Assembly: GCF_902713615.1 (NCBI RefSeq)
Contig: NC_052168.1
Span: forward strand, 18,054,323-18,118,322
From: Scyliorhinus canicula
Lineage: Eukaryota
Reading direction: 5' to 3'
Length of the DNA: 64,000 bases
The notes below the pieces were generated by a model, which was not told the origin of the DNA, ran no database searches, and saw nothing but the letters and a program-made list of their open reading frames with translations. Position numbers and translations under genes: made by a program. Of this stretch, positions 39,736 through 52,599 are shown piece after piece. Within the stretch, counting starts at the first letter, position 1, and each line of letters starts with the position of its first letter.

Positions 39736-39849
39736 TTAGATTGCAGACATTGACAGCACTGATGACACAGGGGCAGGGGAGGACAGACAGCATGATCACC
39801 CTGATGTCACCTGAGGATGTCTGAGGGTCACAAAATAAATCCTACAAAC

Positions 39850-39955
39850 CTGACACCCACTGGCCATTGTCAAACTTCAGGCTCTGTCCTCCAATAGTCA
39901 TCACAGGAGCACCATGATCCAAACCCAGCTCCACCTCACGGCTCACCCGATCGAG
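39850..39955 (-). CDS. CBY1: Chibby homolog 1, coding exon 2
   Basis: ttacag|LDRVSREVELGLDHGAPVMTIGGQSLKFDNGQWVS+G|gtttgt; 106 nt, phase 0 to 1. Confidence 0.96.
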
Positions 39956-40399
39956 CTGTAACAGACACAGGCACATACCATGTTACAGCACTCAATCCAC
40001 ACAGCCACAGTAACTGTCCCACAGTCCAGGATCCACAAGGGTTTACCACAAGCCATTATACTAAAAGAGAGGCAATGACAGCCCTCCATCCCATCCCTAC
40101 AGGGCCAGCCCTCCACCACAGACCCCCCCCACCATTCCACCATAGTGTGTAGTCAGTGACCAGGAGCAGCACAGGCTTAGTGACTCGGACCTGGTGCAAT
40201 ATTCGGGTCTCTCAACCAACTTCGCACTAGTCAGTTGGAAGTGGAAGAGGCTCCCTCAATCCAGGAGGGATTGACACAGGTACGAGATACACACTTATGT
40301 GGGGACAGTAATGTCTATCTGAGCATTTATACACAAGTGAGATTGCTCAGCAGCTGCACGTGGCAAATGATCCATTTTCTCCCCAAACGGCCACCCTAC

Positions 40400-40477
40400 C
40401 GTGTGTAAGCTGGAGAGCGAGGCTGACTTTCTGGGTGGCGTTTTCTTCGGACTAAAGACATTTCCAAACAGAGGCAT
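40400..40477 (-). CDS. CBY1: Chibby homolog 1, coding exon 1
   Basis: MPLFGNVFSPKKTPPRKSASLSSLHT (includes the RKSAS 14-3-3-type motif). Donor ACG|GTAGGG. An upstream acceptor tttccag| at ~40494 implies a non-coding first exon further right. Confidence 0.96.
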
Positions 40478-41189
40478 GGCTCCACCCTGTTACCTGGAAA
40501 CGTACAAAGAAGATCAGTCAAGCAAAGTATAGCAAAGCACAGACAGAGAACACAGTGACACGACAAAGAGGAACATGGAGAAGGGTATGGAGCATGCCGG
40601 ATTTATCTCGGGACAGAGTGGGGTCAGGAGAAGAGGGTCAAACTTTAGGACAGACAGAGGATGAACATTAGAAATAGAATCAGGAGCAGACCATTCAGCC
40701 CCTTGAACATGCTCCTCCATTAATAATAACAATAATAATCGCTTATTGTCACAAGTAGGCTTCAATGAGGTTACTGTGAAAAGCCCCTAGTCGCCACATT
40801 CCGGCACCTGTTCGGGGAGGTTGTAACGGGACATAAAATCATAGAGTTTACAGTGCAGAAGGAGGCCATTCGGCCTATTGAGTCTGCACCGGCCCTTGGA
40901 AAGAGCACCCTACCTAAGCCCACACCTCCACCCTATCCCCACACCTCCACCCCATCCCCATAATCCCACCTAACCTTTTTTGGACACTATGGCCAATTTA
41001 GCATGACCAATCCACCTAACCTGCACGTCTTTGGACTGTGGGAGGAAACCGGAGCACCCGGAGGAAACCCACGCAGACATGGGAGAACGTGCAGACTCTG
41101 CACAGACAGTGACCCAAGCCAGGAATCGAACCTGGGACATTGACGCTGTGAAGCCATAGTGCTAACCACTATGCTACCGAGCTGCCCAT

Positions 41190-44100
41190 TAAATGCCAGC
41201 ATGTCTGATCCTCAGTCTCAACTCGATTTTACCACCTGCTCCCCATATCCTTCATTCCCAGGGCCATCAAAATAATCTGTCTCGCTCAGTGTTGAATCTA
41301 CTCAACGATGGAGCATCCACAAACCTCTAGGGTAGAGAATTCCAAAGGCACAAAACCCTTTTGGTGAAGAAATGTCTCCTCATCTCAGCCCTGAATGATT
41401 TCCCCCTTATCTTGAGACAGTGGCCCCTAGTTCTAGATTCCCCAGCCAGGGGTAGACAACCCACTCTGTGTCTACCCTGTCAATCCCCTGCAGGAGCCTG
41501 TGTGTTTCAATGAAATCACCTTTCATTCTTTTAAACCCCTGAGAATATAGGCCAAACATATTCAGCCTCGCATCAACTCTGTGATCCCAGGAACAAATCA
41601 ACTGAGCCTTCACTGAACCATCCCCAAGGAAAGTATATTGTTCCTTTGGCATAGAGACCAAAACTGCACATAGTATTCCAGGCGTGGGATACCAAAGCCC
41701 TTTACAGCTGTAGCAAGTCTTCCTTATTCTTGTAATAATAAATAAATAATATTTATTAGTGTCACACATAGGCTTACATTAACACTGCAATGACGTTACT
41801 GTGAAAATCCCCTAGTTGCCACACTCCGGCGCATGTTCGGGTACACAGAGGGAGAATTCAGAATGTCTAATTCACTTAACAAGCATGACTTTCAGGACTT
41901 GTGGGAGGAAACCGGAGTACCCGGAGGACACCCACGCAGACACGGGGAGAATGTGCAAACTCTGCACAGACAGTGACCCAAGCCGGGAATCGAACCTGGT
42001 GCTGTGAAGCAACAGAGCTAACCAATGTGCTACCGTGCTGCCCACCGATCCCCAAGCAATAAAAGCCAACATAGTAATTGCCTCCGAAATTACGTATTGG
42101 ACCTGCCTGCTAACTTTCAGTGCTCCTTATACAAGGTCTCCCAAGTCCCTTGTATCAGCAACAAAGATATATTTCTAGATTGGGATGGTGAGTGACTTGA
42201 CGAACTTCTAGGTGGTGATGTTCCCAGGATCTGCTGTCCTTGTTCTTCTCGATGGAAACAGTTGCGAGTTTGAAAGATTCTGTCTAAGGGGCCTTAGTGA
42301 GTTCCTGCAATGCATCTTGTAGATGGTACCCACCGCTGCTACTGTGTCGGTGGTGGAACGAGTGAATGTTTGTGGAAGGGGTGCTGATCAAGCGGGGCTG
42401 TTTTGTCCTGGATGGTGTCACATTTCTTGAGTGTTGTTGGAGCTGCACTCATCCAGACAAGTGGAGAGTATTCCATTACACTCCTGACTTGTGTCTTTTA
42501 AATGGTGGACAGGCTTTGGGGAGTCAGGAGGTGAGTCACTTGCTGCAGAATTCCTAGTCACTAACCTGCTCTTCTAGCCACAGTATTTATATGGCTAGTG
42601 CATTTCATTTTCTGGTCAATGGCAACTCCCAGACCGTTAATATGGATGGATGGATTTGTTTATTGTCACGTGTACCGAGGTACAGTGAAAAGTATTTTTC
42701 TGCAAGCAGCTCAACAGATCATTCAGTACATGGAAGAAAAGGGAATTAAACAAAATTCAAGAAAATACATGAGAATACATAATAGGGCAACACAAGATAT
42801 ACAATGTAAACAAGATATACAATGTAATAGTGGGGAATTCAGTGATTGTAATGCCATTGAATGTCAAGGGGTGATGGTTAGATTCTCTCTAATTGGAGAT
42901 GCTCATTGCCTGGCACTCGTGTGGCATGACTGTTACTTGCCCCTTGTTAGCCCAAGCCTGGATATTGTCCAGGTCTTGCTGCATTTGGACATGAAATGCT
43001 TCAGTATCTGAGGAGTCACAAATGGTGCTGAACATTGTGCAGTTATCAGTAAACATTCCAACTTCTGACCTTATGACATATGAATATAGGAACAGGAGTA
43101 GGCCATTCAGCCCCTCGAGCCAGGCTAGTGGCAGATGGAATACAATATGGAAAATTGTGAGGTTGTGCTCTTTGGAAGGAGGCATAGACTATTTTCTAAA
43201 TGGGGAAATGCTTAGGAAACCAGAAGCACAAACGGACTTGGGAGTCCTTGTTCAAGATTCTCTTAAGGTTAACTTGCAGGTTCAGTTGGCAGTTAGGAAG
43301 GCAAATGCGATGTTGGCATTCATGTCAAGAGGGTGAGAATACAAGACCAAGGATGTACTTCTGAGGTTGTATAAGACTCTGGTCAGACCTCATTAGGAGT
43401 ATTGTGAGCAGTTTTGGGCCTCTTATCGAAGGAAGGGTCCAGAGGAGGGTCACAAGACTGATCCCTGAATGAAGAGCTTGCCGTTTGAGGAACGGTTGAG
43501 GACTCTAGGTCTGTACTTGTTGGAGGTTCCAGGGGGAGGGATCTTATTGAAACTTACAGGACACTGCAAGGCCTGGATAGAGCGGACGTGGAGAGGACGT
43601 TTCTACTTGTACGAAAAACTAGAACCAGACGACACAATCTCAGACTAACGGGACAATCCTTTAAAACAGAGATGAGGAGGAATTTCTTCAGCCAGAGGGT
43701 GGTGAATCTTTGGAACTCTTTGCCGCAGAAGGCTGTGGGGGTCAAATCACTGAGTGTCTTTAAGACAGAGATAAGATAGGTTCTTGATTAATAAGGGAAT
43801 CAGGGGTTATGGGGAGAAGGCAGGAGAATGGAGATGAGAAAAATATCAGTCATAATTCTGCTCCTATATTTTATGGTCCTGCCATTCAATGAGATCATGG
43901 CTGATCTGTGACCTAACTCCATATACCTGCCTTTGGCCCGTATCCCTTAATATATTTGCTGAACAAAAATTTATCTTCGATTTAAAATTAACAACCTGAT
44001 CTAGCTTCAACTGCTGTGTGTGGGAGAGAGTTCCACACCTCTCCTACCCTTTGAGTTAAGAAGTTCTCTCCTGAACGATCTGGCCCTAATTTTTAGATTA

Positions 44101-44620
44101 TGGCCCCTCATTTTAGAATCTCCAACCAGCGGGAATAGTTTATATTTATCAAACCCTGTCTTTCCCTGTTAATATCTTGAATACTTTGATCAGATCACCC
44201 CTTAGCCTACTAAATTCTCGCGAAAACAGGTCAAATTTGATGCTGGAATCTGAAACGAAAGGGAAAATGCTGGAAAATCTCAGCAAGTCTGGCAGCATCT
44301 GTAGGGAGAGAAAACAGCTAACGTTTCGAGCCCGATGACTCTTTGTCAAAGCTGATCTGAGTAATCTCTCCAGGAATAATTTTTGTAAACCTACATTGCA
44401 CTCCCTCAAAGGCCAAAAGATCCTGCCTAAGGTGTGGTGCCCAGAACTGCTCACAGTGACTCCAAGTGGGATCTAACCAGGGTTTTGCACAGCTACAACA
44501 TTACCCGTGTCTTTATATTGCTATCCTCTAGATGTAAAGGCGAGCATTCCATTAGCCTTTTTGATTATGTTCTGCGCTTGTTCCTGGCATTTTAAGGATT
44601 TTTCTACCTGAACTCCCAAG
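41190..44620. mobile_element. Cluster of nested, degraded CR1 fragments, SINEs and a Penelope-like end (44237-44353)
   Basis: Several CR1 ORF2 C-terminal remnants on both strands. GATGCTGGAATCTG...CAGCATCTG motif typical of Penelope-like element ends. Confidence 0.65.
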
Positions 44621-45654
44621 TCTGGTGGTGATTTAACCTGAGGATCACTATACCTCAGGCGAGGGGTGAGGTTGAGAAGGTGGGGCTTTTATGAATAACC
44701 TCAGCCGGTATGGGAATTGAACCCGTGCTGCTGACCTTGTTCTACATAACAAGCCACCTGTCTAGCCAACTGAGCTAAACCGGCCCTAACCCTGATTCCC
44801 ATTGACTCCAGTTTTACCAGGATTCCTTGATGTCACAGTTGGTCAAATGTGGCCTTGTTATCAAGAGCGGCCACTCTTCCCTAACCTCTGGTGTTCTGCA
44901 AGAAAGTCCGCAAGGCAAGTTGACTGCGATTGGAGATGATGCACAGGACGTCCTCTCTGCCGACTGGAGGGCCTAGAAACGGCAGTCAGGAAGGGTGTGG
45001 AAAAAGCAGAGGATAAACAAAATGACCAGATGCTAGAAGAGATAGAACATAGAACAGTACAGCACAGAACAGGCCCTTCGGCCCTCGATGTTGTGCCGAG
45101 CAATGATCACCCTACTTAAACCCACGTACCCCGTATACCAGGTACCCAACAATCCCCCCATTAACTTACACTACGGGCATTTATCATGGCCATCCACCTA
45201 ACCCGCACATCTTTGGACTGTGGGAGGAAACCGGAGCACCCGGAGGAAACCCACGCACAAACGGGGAGGACGTGCAGACTCCACACAGACAGTGACCCAG
45301 CCGGGAATCGAACCTGGGACCACTGGAGCTGTGAAGCATTGATGCTAACCACCATACTACCGTGAGGCCCCTACCGTGAGATCCTGACGGGAAAAAAAAA
45401 ACCATCAGCCAACTTTGGACAAACACTATTAATCAGCATAAACAATGGAAGGATCTCTCGCCAATCAGCCTCCACAGCCACAAACACCATGTTCAACCCA
45501 GCGGTGACCCAGGATAAATCCCATTGCCCCCCGAGATGACGGGTGTCATCAGCTCTTTGCAGCCTCTCTTTGTTTCCTCCTCAGAGTTTTTGTTTTCTCA
45601 TGGTCTTATATCTGTTGAACATTTAGAATTGTTTCTTTCAATGTTTACACTGGT

Positions 45655-46154
45655 NNNNNNNNNNNNNNNNNNNNNNNNNNNNNNNNNNNNNNNNNNNNNN
45701 NNNNNNNNNNNNNNNNNNNNNNNNNNNNNNNNNNNNNNNNNNNNNNNNNNNNNNNNNNNNNNNNNNNNNNNNNNNNNNNNNNNNNNNNNNNNNNNNNNNN
45801 NNNNNNNNNNNNNNNNNNNNNNNNNNNNNNNNNNNNNNNNNNNNNNNNNNNNNNNNNNNNNNNNNNNNNNNNNNNNNNNNNNNNNNNNNNNNNNNNNNNN
45901 NNNNNNNNNNNNNNNNNNNNNNNNNNNNNNNNNNNNNNNNNNNNNNNNNNNNNNNNNNNNNNNNNNNNNNNNNNNNNNNNNNNNNNNNNNNNNNNNNNNN
46001 NNNNNNNNNNNNNNNNNNNNNNNNNNNNNNNNNNNNNNNNNNNNNNNNNNNNNNNNNNNNNNNNNNNNNNNNNNNNNNNNNNNNNNNNNNNNNNNNNNNN
46101 NNNNNNNNNNNNNNNNNNNNNNNNNNNNNNNNNNNNNNNNNNNNNNNNNNNNNN
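45655..46154. other. Assembly gap (500 N)
   Basis: Run of n. Confidence 1.
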
Positions 46155-47500
46155 AGAAAACAGAGAGAGAGAGAGTGTGTGAGTGAGAGTGGGGGGATGG
46201 ATAGAGAGTGTGAGGGATGGGGAGAGAGAGAGTGAGGGATGGAGAGAGAGAGTGAGGGGTGGGGAGTGAGAGAGAGGGGGGATGGATAGAGAGAGAATGA
46301 GTGAGGGATGGAGAGAGAGTGAGTGATAGAGAGGGATAGAGAGTGAGAAATGGAGACAATGAGGGATGGTGAGAGAGAGTGTGTGAGAGAGAGAGTGAGG
46401 GATAGAGAGAGAGTGTGAGGGATGGAGAGAGAGAGAGTGAGGAATGGAGAGAGAGGGATGGAGAGTGAGGGATGGAGAGAGAGAGTGAGGGATGGAGAGA
46501 GAGAGTGAGGGATGGAGAGTGAAGGATGGAGAGAGAGAGTGAGGGATGGAGAGAGTGAGGGATGGAGAGAGTGAGGGAGGGATAGAGATGGAGAGAGTGA
46601 GGGAGGGATAGAGAGAGAGAGTGAGGGAGGGATAGAGAGAGAGTGAGGGATGGAGAGAGAGTGAGAGATGCAGAGAGAGGGATGGAGAGAGAGAGTGAGG
46701 GATGGAGAAAGAGTAAGGGATGGAGAGAGGAAGTGACAGATAAGAGGGAGTGTGAGTGAGGGATAGAGAGATTGTGAGTGAGGGATAGAGAGAGAGTGTG
46801 GAGAGAGGGAGTGTGTGAATGAGTGAGAAATGGAGAGAGAGAGGAATAGAGCGTGAGGAAGGGATAGAGAGAGAGTGAGCGAGGGATAGAGTGTGAGAGA
46901 AATAGTGAGTGTGAGAAAGAGGGTGTGTGAGTGAGGAATGGAGATTGAGGGAGGGATAGAGAGCGAGTGATTGAGGGAGAGAGAGTGTGAGGGATAGAGC
47001 GAGTGAGGAATGGAGAGTGAGTGGTGGAGAGAGGCAGTGTGTGAGTGAGGAATGGAGAGAGAAGAATGGAGCGTGAGGGAGGGATAGAGAGTGTGAGAGA
47101 AATGGAGAGTGAGTGAGACAGAGAGAGTGTGTGGAACAGGGAGAATGACTGAGAGAGAAAGTGAGTGAGGAATTGAGAGTGTGAGGAATGGGGAGAGAGG
47201 GTGAGGGATAGAGAGAGGGAGTGAGAGAGTGTGAGGAATGGAGAGAATGAGTGAGAGAGTGAGTGAGGAATGGAGAATGATGAGAGAGTCAGAGAGAGAG
47301 TGCGGGATTGAGGGAGAATGAGAGCGTGTGAGTTAGGATAGAGAGTCAGATAGAGAGATTCAGGGAGAGAGGGATGGAGAGAATGAGAGGAAGGATAGAG
47401 AGTGAGTGAGGGATAGAGAGAGGGGGTCAAAGTGATTGAGGGATAGAGAGATGGATAGGGAGAATGAGTGAGAGAGGGATAGACTAGGGGGGGTGTTAGC
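46155..47500. repeat. Degenerate polypurine (GA/GGAT/GAGT) tract
   Basis: Almost C-free + strand. Gives the S/L/H/P-rich pseudo-ORF. Confidence 0.95.
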
Positions 47501-47953
47501 GAGGGAGAGGTGGGTGGTATCAACAGAGGGAAATGGAGAGAGGATCGGAGGGGGGAGAGAAGGCAAGGGGCAGGAGTGGGAGGAGAGAGGGGTGGGTGGC
47601 ATGCCAAACAGATCCCCTTCATTTCTCCCTTCCCATTCTCTGATTTCCTCCCTCCATGCTCTGGACACCGCCCCCCCCCCCCCCCCCCCCCAAAAGCACC
47701 AAACCGTCCACTTACCCACTCATTGGACCACCCTTCTTCCTCTCCAGTGATGCTCAGAGATGCTCCTGCCCCTCTCCTTTCCTCACGCTGCGGATCCTCA
47801 TTTCCTCCACATAACCTGGAAGCCCCTGCTCCCCACCATCCACCCACCCAGCATCACCAACTCACACACAGTCCAGATTATTAAGAGGTGTGGGGGCCAA
47901 GTTGAGTCTGACTTCTTCTGTATTTGCCCTCAGTGTGAGTGACCAGTGTGAAG

Positions 47954-48077
47954 ATGGTTGAGATTAACACAGCACTCACTCCATTGGAACTCTATGAGGA
48001 AGATATGAATCTACCAGTGGAGCTGGCAGCCAGGCAGAGGCAGAGGATGAAACAGCGCCTGAAGGAGTCTCCCGCAC
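47954..48077 (+). CDS. FAM227A: FAM227A coding exon 1
   Basis: Acceptor tatttgccctcag| at 47933. Reads MVEINTALTPLELYEEDMNLPVELAARQRQRMKQRLKESPA, resembling human [26 protein letters not shown]...ELENNPP. Ends at a non-canonical donor C|GCATCCTTT (see findings). Confidence 0.75.
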
Positions 48078-48424
48078 GCATCCTTTCCTTGCTAAATCCA
48101 TCAGCAGTGTAGGGATCTTGTCACATTGCAATGTGAAGAAAGCAGAAGACATTGCGAGAGAGTGTCTTCGCGATCGGCATTAGGCGGTTGGGAGTTGTGT
48201 TTTGAGGAATTCCTTTCAGTGAGGGCTGAAGGTGCGTGCCTGTAGATAACAGGCTTTCACCTGGTTGGTGTTTCATGGCTTCCTCATTCAAGCTGACAAA
48301 CATACGGGAAATTGCTGGACCATCGCTTCACCCAAACACACCCCAATGCTTTTGGAGGTTCCAGTGACAAACAAATGCTTTAGTCCAAGATTCTCTGAGG
48401 CATGGCAGGGAAGAGTGAAATTCC

Positions 48425-48739
48425 TTAACCCCGTGCTATACCAGCCCTGGGAGTGTTTGATACGGACGGTGTAGAGGGAGCTTTACTCTGTATCTAACCC
48501 CGTGCTGTACCTGTCCTGGGAGTGTCTGATGGGGACGGTGTAGAGGGAGCTTTACTTTGTATCTAACCCCGTGCTGTACCTGTCCTGGGAGTGTTTGATG
48601 GGGACAGTGTAGAGGGAGCTTACTCTGTATCTAACCGCGTGCTGTACCTGTCCTGGGAGTGTTTGATGGGGACAGTGTAGAGGGAGCTTTACTCTCTATC
48701 TAACCCCGTGCTGTACCGGTCCTGGGAGTGTTTGATGGG
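48425..48739. repeat. ~69-bp tandem repeat (~4.5 copies)
   Basis: GTGTAGAGGGAGCTTTACTCTGTATCTAACCCCGTGCTGTACCTGTCCTGGGAGTGTTTGATGGGGACA. An inverted relative lies at 12715-12810. Confidence 0.9.
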
Positions 48740-49752
48740 TTGCGCTTTTGGGTTGGTTGAATATATAGCCAGTAATATAAACAGAAGTTGTACAGAAGTT
48801 CATATTTATATAGCTCTGTTCATATCCTCCAGACTATCCAAGATGCTTTATAGCTAATGAAACACTTTAGAAGTATAGATTCTGTTACAATTTGTGCGCA
48901 GCAAGTCCCCACAGCCATTGGGGCCAGCCAACCTCAGTTTATTTGTTGTTGGCTTCATGTTAAATATTGGCAAGGCCACTCGGGATAACTCACCATTCTC
49001 CTCTTGAATTGTACCATAGGATAATTTATCAGAGGGACGATGATTCCTCGACTTAACACCTGCTCCAAAGGGTAACACCTCAAGGCTTTGTGTTGTTGGT
49101 GTAATACTAATGTCACTGGACTAGTAACCCAGCAGCCCAGGCGAATGGTCTGGGTTCAAATCCCGCCCTGGCAGCTGATGCAATTTCAATTCCGTTATAA
49201 AGCCTTGAATTGATAGCGACAGTGGCCATGATAACTATCATCAATTGTCGTTTTAAAAGATGCATCTGGTTCACTAATGCTCTCGGCCTGGCCTGCAAGG
49301 GACTCCAGACCGGTAGCAATGTGACTGACCCTTAACTGCCCTCTGAAATGTTCCAGGATAATTAGGAATGGCGAACAAACACCAGTGATGAATAAAGGCA
49401 AAAAACGAACCTCGGATGATGCAGCACTCCACCAGTACCACAGTGAGTGTCCCCTTGGGTTACATGTATGGCAGTCTGTGGAGAGGGGCGTGAATGCAGG
49501 AGGTCCGGGGGCCACATGTGGCCCATCTGGGTTCTGAGTACGGCTCCACGAGACATTTTGTTGACCGTTGCCCATGCGCATCACCACATTCCGCTGATTT
49601 CCATCCGTGTAGTTTTTTTTTCCTACCGGTATGGCTGAAGTGATTCGCACGTAAAGCGAGTGCGAGTAAAGTGAAGAGCGTGCTGATTGCCCACAACATT
49701 GACTGTGAGAGCCGTCCGCTCCCTCTGCGTCCAAAGTGTAAATATTTATTTT

Positions 49753-50535
49753 GGGCAGGATTTACCGAAACGGGAACAATGTCCTATAGTGAGGTCGTTC
49801 AGCCGCCTGTTTCCCGGCGCAGCACCGAGAAACACAATGTTATAAAACGGCTCCCAGGTTAAATAGAGGGCCTGAGCGGGGAACGCGGGGTCGAGGCCGC
49901 ACTGAGCCCAGATTGTGGACAGAGGAGCTCGGCTGGTCAGGAGTCTTCATTGTAGCGAAAGATTTTCCCCCCTCACCCCCTCCAAGACGCCCCTCCCGCA
50001 ACCCCCCAACACCCACGCAGGGCACTGCCAGCCCGATTGTCATCGCACACAAAAAGCAGGCTTGGCACCTTGGCAGTGCCGACCTGACACCCTCCGGTGC
50101 CCTGCCAACTGGCAGTGCCACCTGGGCACCTCAACTTGGCACCCAGATGGCACTGCCAGGCTGTCAAGGACAGGCCCCCCGGGTGGCAGCAGCAGTGCCA
50201 GGGTACCACCCTGCCCAAAGCACATGCTGCTGGGAGCCTCCAATCCCTGGGAGACCCCCACGAGTGCCATTCCGTCTAGTCCCTTTTTTTGGAGACCAGC
50301 ACTGAACGGCGCTCACCTAAGATCTCCAGAGCAAAGGGGATAGATCTCCACGCCTCAGGTAGCTCGGGAATCTGTACATTACAGTGAGACCAGCTGTCTG
50401 GGCGGGATCGCATTAGATCCTGCGAGGCATTGCGAGCCGGGTAGATCCAGGGAGCGGAGTCTCCTGGCTTCTATCGGCCTCATTGCACCGTGGCGAGCTG
50501 CTTTTCGGGCACAGCATGGCCATTCAATTACACTC
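49753..50535. mobile_element. Degraded GC-rich MITE
   Basis: GGGCAGGATTT start, AATTACACTC end, TTT flanks, internal repeated TGGCAC/GTGCCA motifs. Confidence 0.45.
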
Positions 50536-50660
50536 TTTGTTGTTACCATTTGAAGTTGATGACAGTTCTATTAATATATGAATGATTAAGCATTTTCTGC
50601 AAGTCATTATCAAAAATTGAGCAATAAATGTATTTCATCTTATTCATGGGTCATGGTTAG

Positions 50661-52026
50661 TGCCTTACTTCGGTTGTGGGTAAAATGTTGGAAAAGGTTA
50701 TAAGAGATAGGGTTTATAATCATCTTGAAAAGAACAAGTTGATTAGCGATAGTCAACACGGTTTTGTGAAGGGTAGGTCATGCCTCACAAACCTTATTGA
50801 GTTTTTTGAGAAGGTGACCAAACAGGTGGATGAGGGTAAAGCGGTTGATGTGGTATATATGGATTTCAGTAAGGCGTTTGATAAGGTTCCCCACGGTAGG
50901 CTATTGCAGAAAATAAGGAAGTATGGAATTGAAGGTGATTTAGCGGTTTGGATCAGTAATTGGCTAGCTGAAAGAAGACAGAGGGTGGCGGTTGATGGCA
51001 AATGTTCATCCTGGAGTTCAGTTACTAGTGGTGTACCGCAAAGATCTGTTTTGGGGCCACTGCTGTTTGTCATTTTTATAAATGACCTGGAAGAGGGTGT
51101 AGAAGGATGGGTTAGTATATTTGCAGATGACACGAAGGTCGGTGGAGTTGTGGATAGTGCTGAAGGGTGTTATAGGATACAGAGGGACATAGATAAGCTG
51201 CAGAGCTGGGCTGAGAGGTGGCAGATGGAGTTTAATGCGGAAAAGTGTGAGGTGGTTCACTTTGGAAGGAGTAACAGGAATGCAGAGTACTGGGTTAATG
51301 GCAAGATTCTTGGTAGTGTAGATGAACAGAGAGATCTCGGCATCCAGGTACATAAATCCCTGAAAGTTGCCACCCAAGTTAATAGGGCTGTTAAGAAGGC
51401 ATATGGTGTGCTAGCCTTTATCAGTAGGGGGATTGAGTTTCGGAGCCACAAGGTCATGCTGCAGCTGTACATAACTCTGGTGCGGCCGCTCCTGGAGTAC
51501 TGCGTGCAGTTCTGGTCACCACATTATAGGAAGGATGTGGAAGCTTTGGAAAGGGTTCAGAGGAGATTTACTAGGATGTTGCCTGGTATGGAGGGAAGGT
51601 CTTACGAGGAAAGGCTCAGGGAATTGAGGTTGTTTTCGTTAGAGGAGAAGGCTGAGAGGTGACTTAATAGAGACATATAACATAGTCAGAGGGTTAGATA
51701 GGGTGGACAGTGAGAGTCTTTTTCCTCGGATGGTGATGACCAACACGAGGGGACATAGCTTTAAATTGAGAGGTGATAGATATAGGACAGATGTCAGAGG
51801 CAGTTTCTTTACTCAGAGAGTAGTAGGGGTGTGGAACGCCCTGCCTAAAAACAGTACAGTAGTAGACTCGCCAACTTTAAGGGCATTTAAGTGGTCACTG
51901 GATAGACATATGGTTGAAAATGGAATAGTGTAGGTCAGATAGGCTTCAGATGGTTTCACAGGTCGGCGCAACATCGTGGGCCGAAGGGCCCGTACTGCGC
52001 TGTAGTGTTCTATGTTCTATGTTCTA
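50661..52026 (+). mobile_element. CR1 LINE 3' part (RT)
   Basis: SQHGFVKGRSCLTNL...IFADDTK...; TTCTATG tail. Confidence 0.95.
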
Positions 52027-52318
52027 AGTTCAATTTCAATATTGAGACCCACTGAGATGAAGGCGGCCAACTCACCAGCCTGGGTTACCCATCACTGCTC
52101 TGAACCATGCGGGCACTTCTCCAGGGATGGGGTGACATGTGCAGAGTTTGGATTTGCACCAGATGTGGCAGTCTGTAATATGAAGCAATGATGGATGAAG
52201 AGAGGACTGGGATTTGAGGAATGTGCAAGGTAGGATGGGGGGGGGAGACGAGGTGGAGGGTTGAAGGAACATGCTGAGACAGTTTGGCCACATCAAGGAA
52301 AATCTTGCCAATTTCTTT

Positions 52319-52411
52319 GACAAAGAGTCCCCCTACTCGAAACGTCAGCTCCCTTGTCTCTCCACAGATGCTGTCGGACCTGCTGAGATTGTCCGGCATT
52401 TTCTATTTTTG
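52319..52411 (-). mobile_element. Penelope-like terminal fragment flanked by a 14-bp direct repeat
   Basis: Reverse-complement relative of 44237-44353. TTGCCAATTTCTTT at 52305-52318 and 52412-52425. Confidence 0.55.
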
Positions 52412-52449
52412 TTGCCAATTTCTTTTTTGACTTAACTAATTATGTTCAG

Positions 52450-52532
52450 CATTTGTGATTGGTTCAATAAACCTGGTGAACAAGAGGATTCAGCATTTAA
52501 GCGGGATACTGCAGGCTCACCCCCCTGCTTTG
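52450..52532 (+). CDS. FAM227A: FAM227A coding exon 2 (83 nt)
   Basis: ttcag|(P)FVIGSINLVNKRIQHLSGILQAHPPAL|gtgagt, similar to human SCLIGSMHQVNQKIADI. Confidence 0.8.
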
Positions 52533-52599
52533 GTGAGTCAGATCGTCTTGATTTGGTGTAAGAGGCTGTTGCTCCTGCTTTCAACGGGAGAAAACAGAC

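Noticed and set aside
45598-47847. 749-aa ORF on the - strand
   Set aside because: Low-complexity CT tract plus the N gap; not coding.
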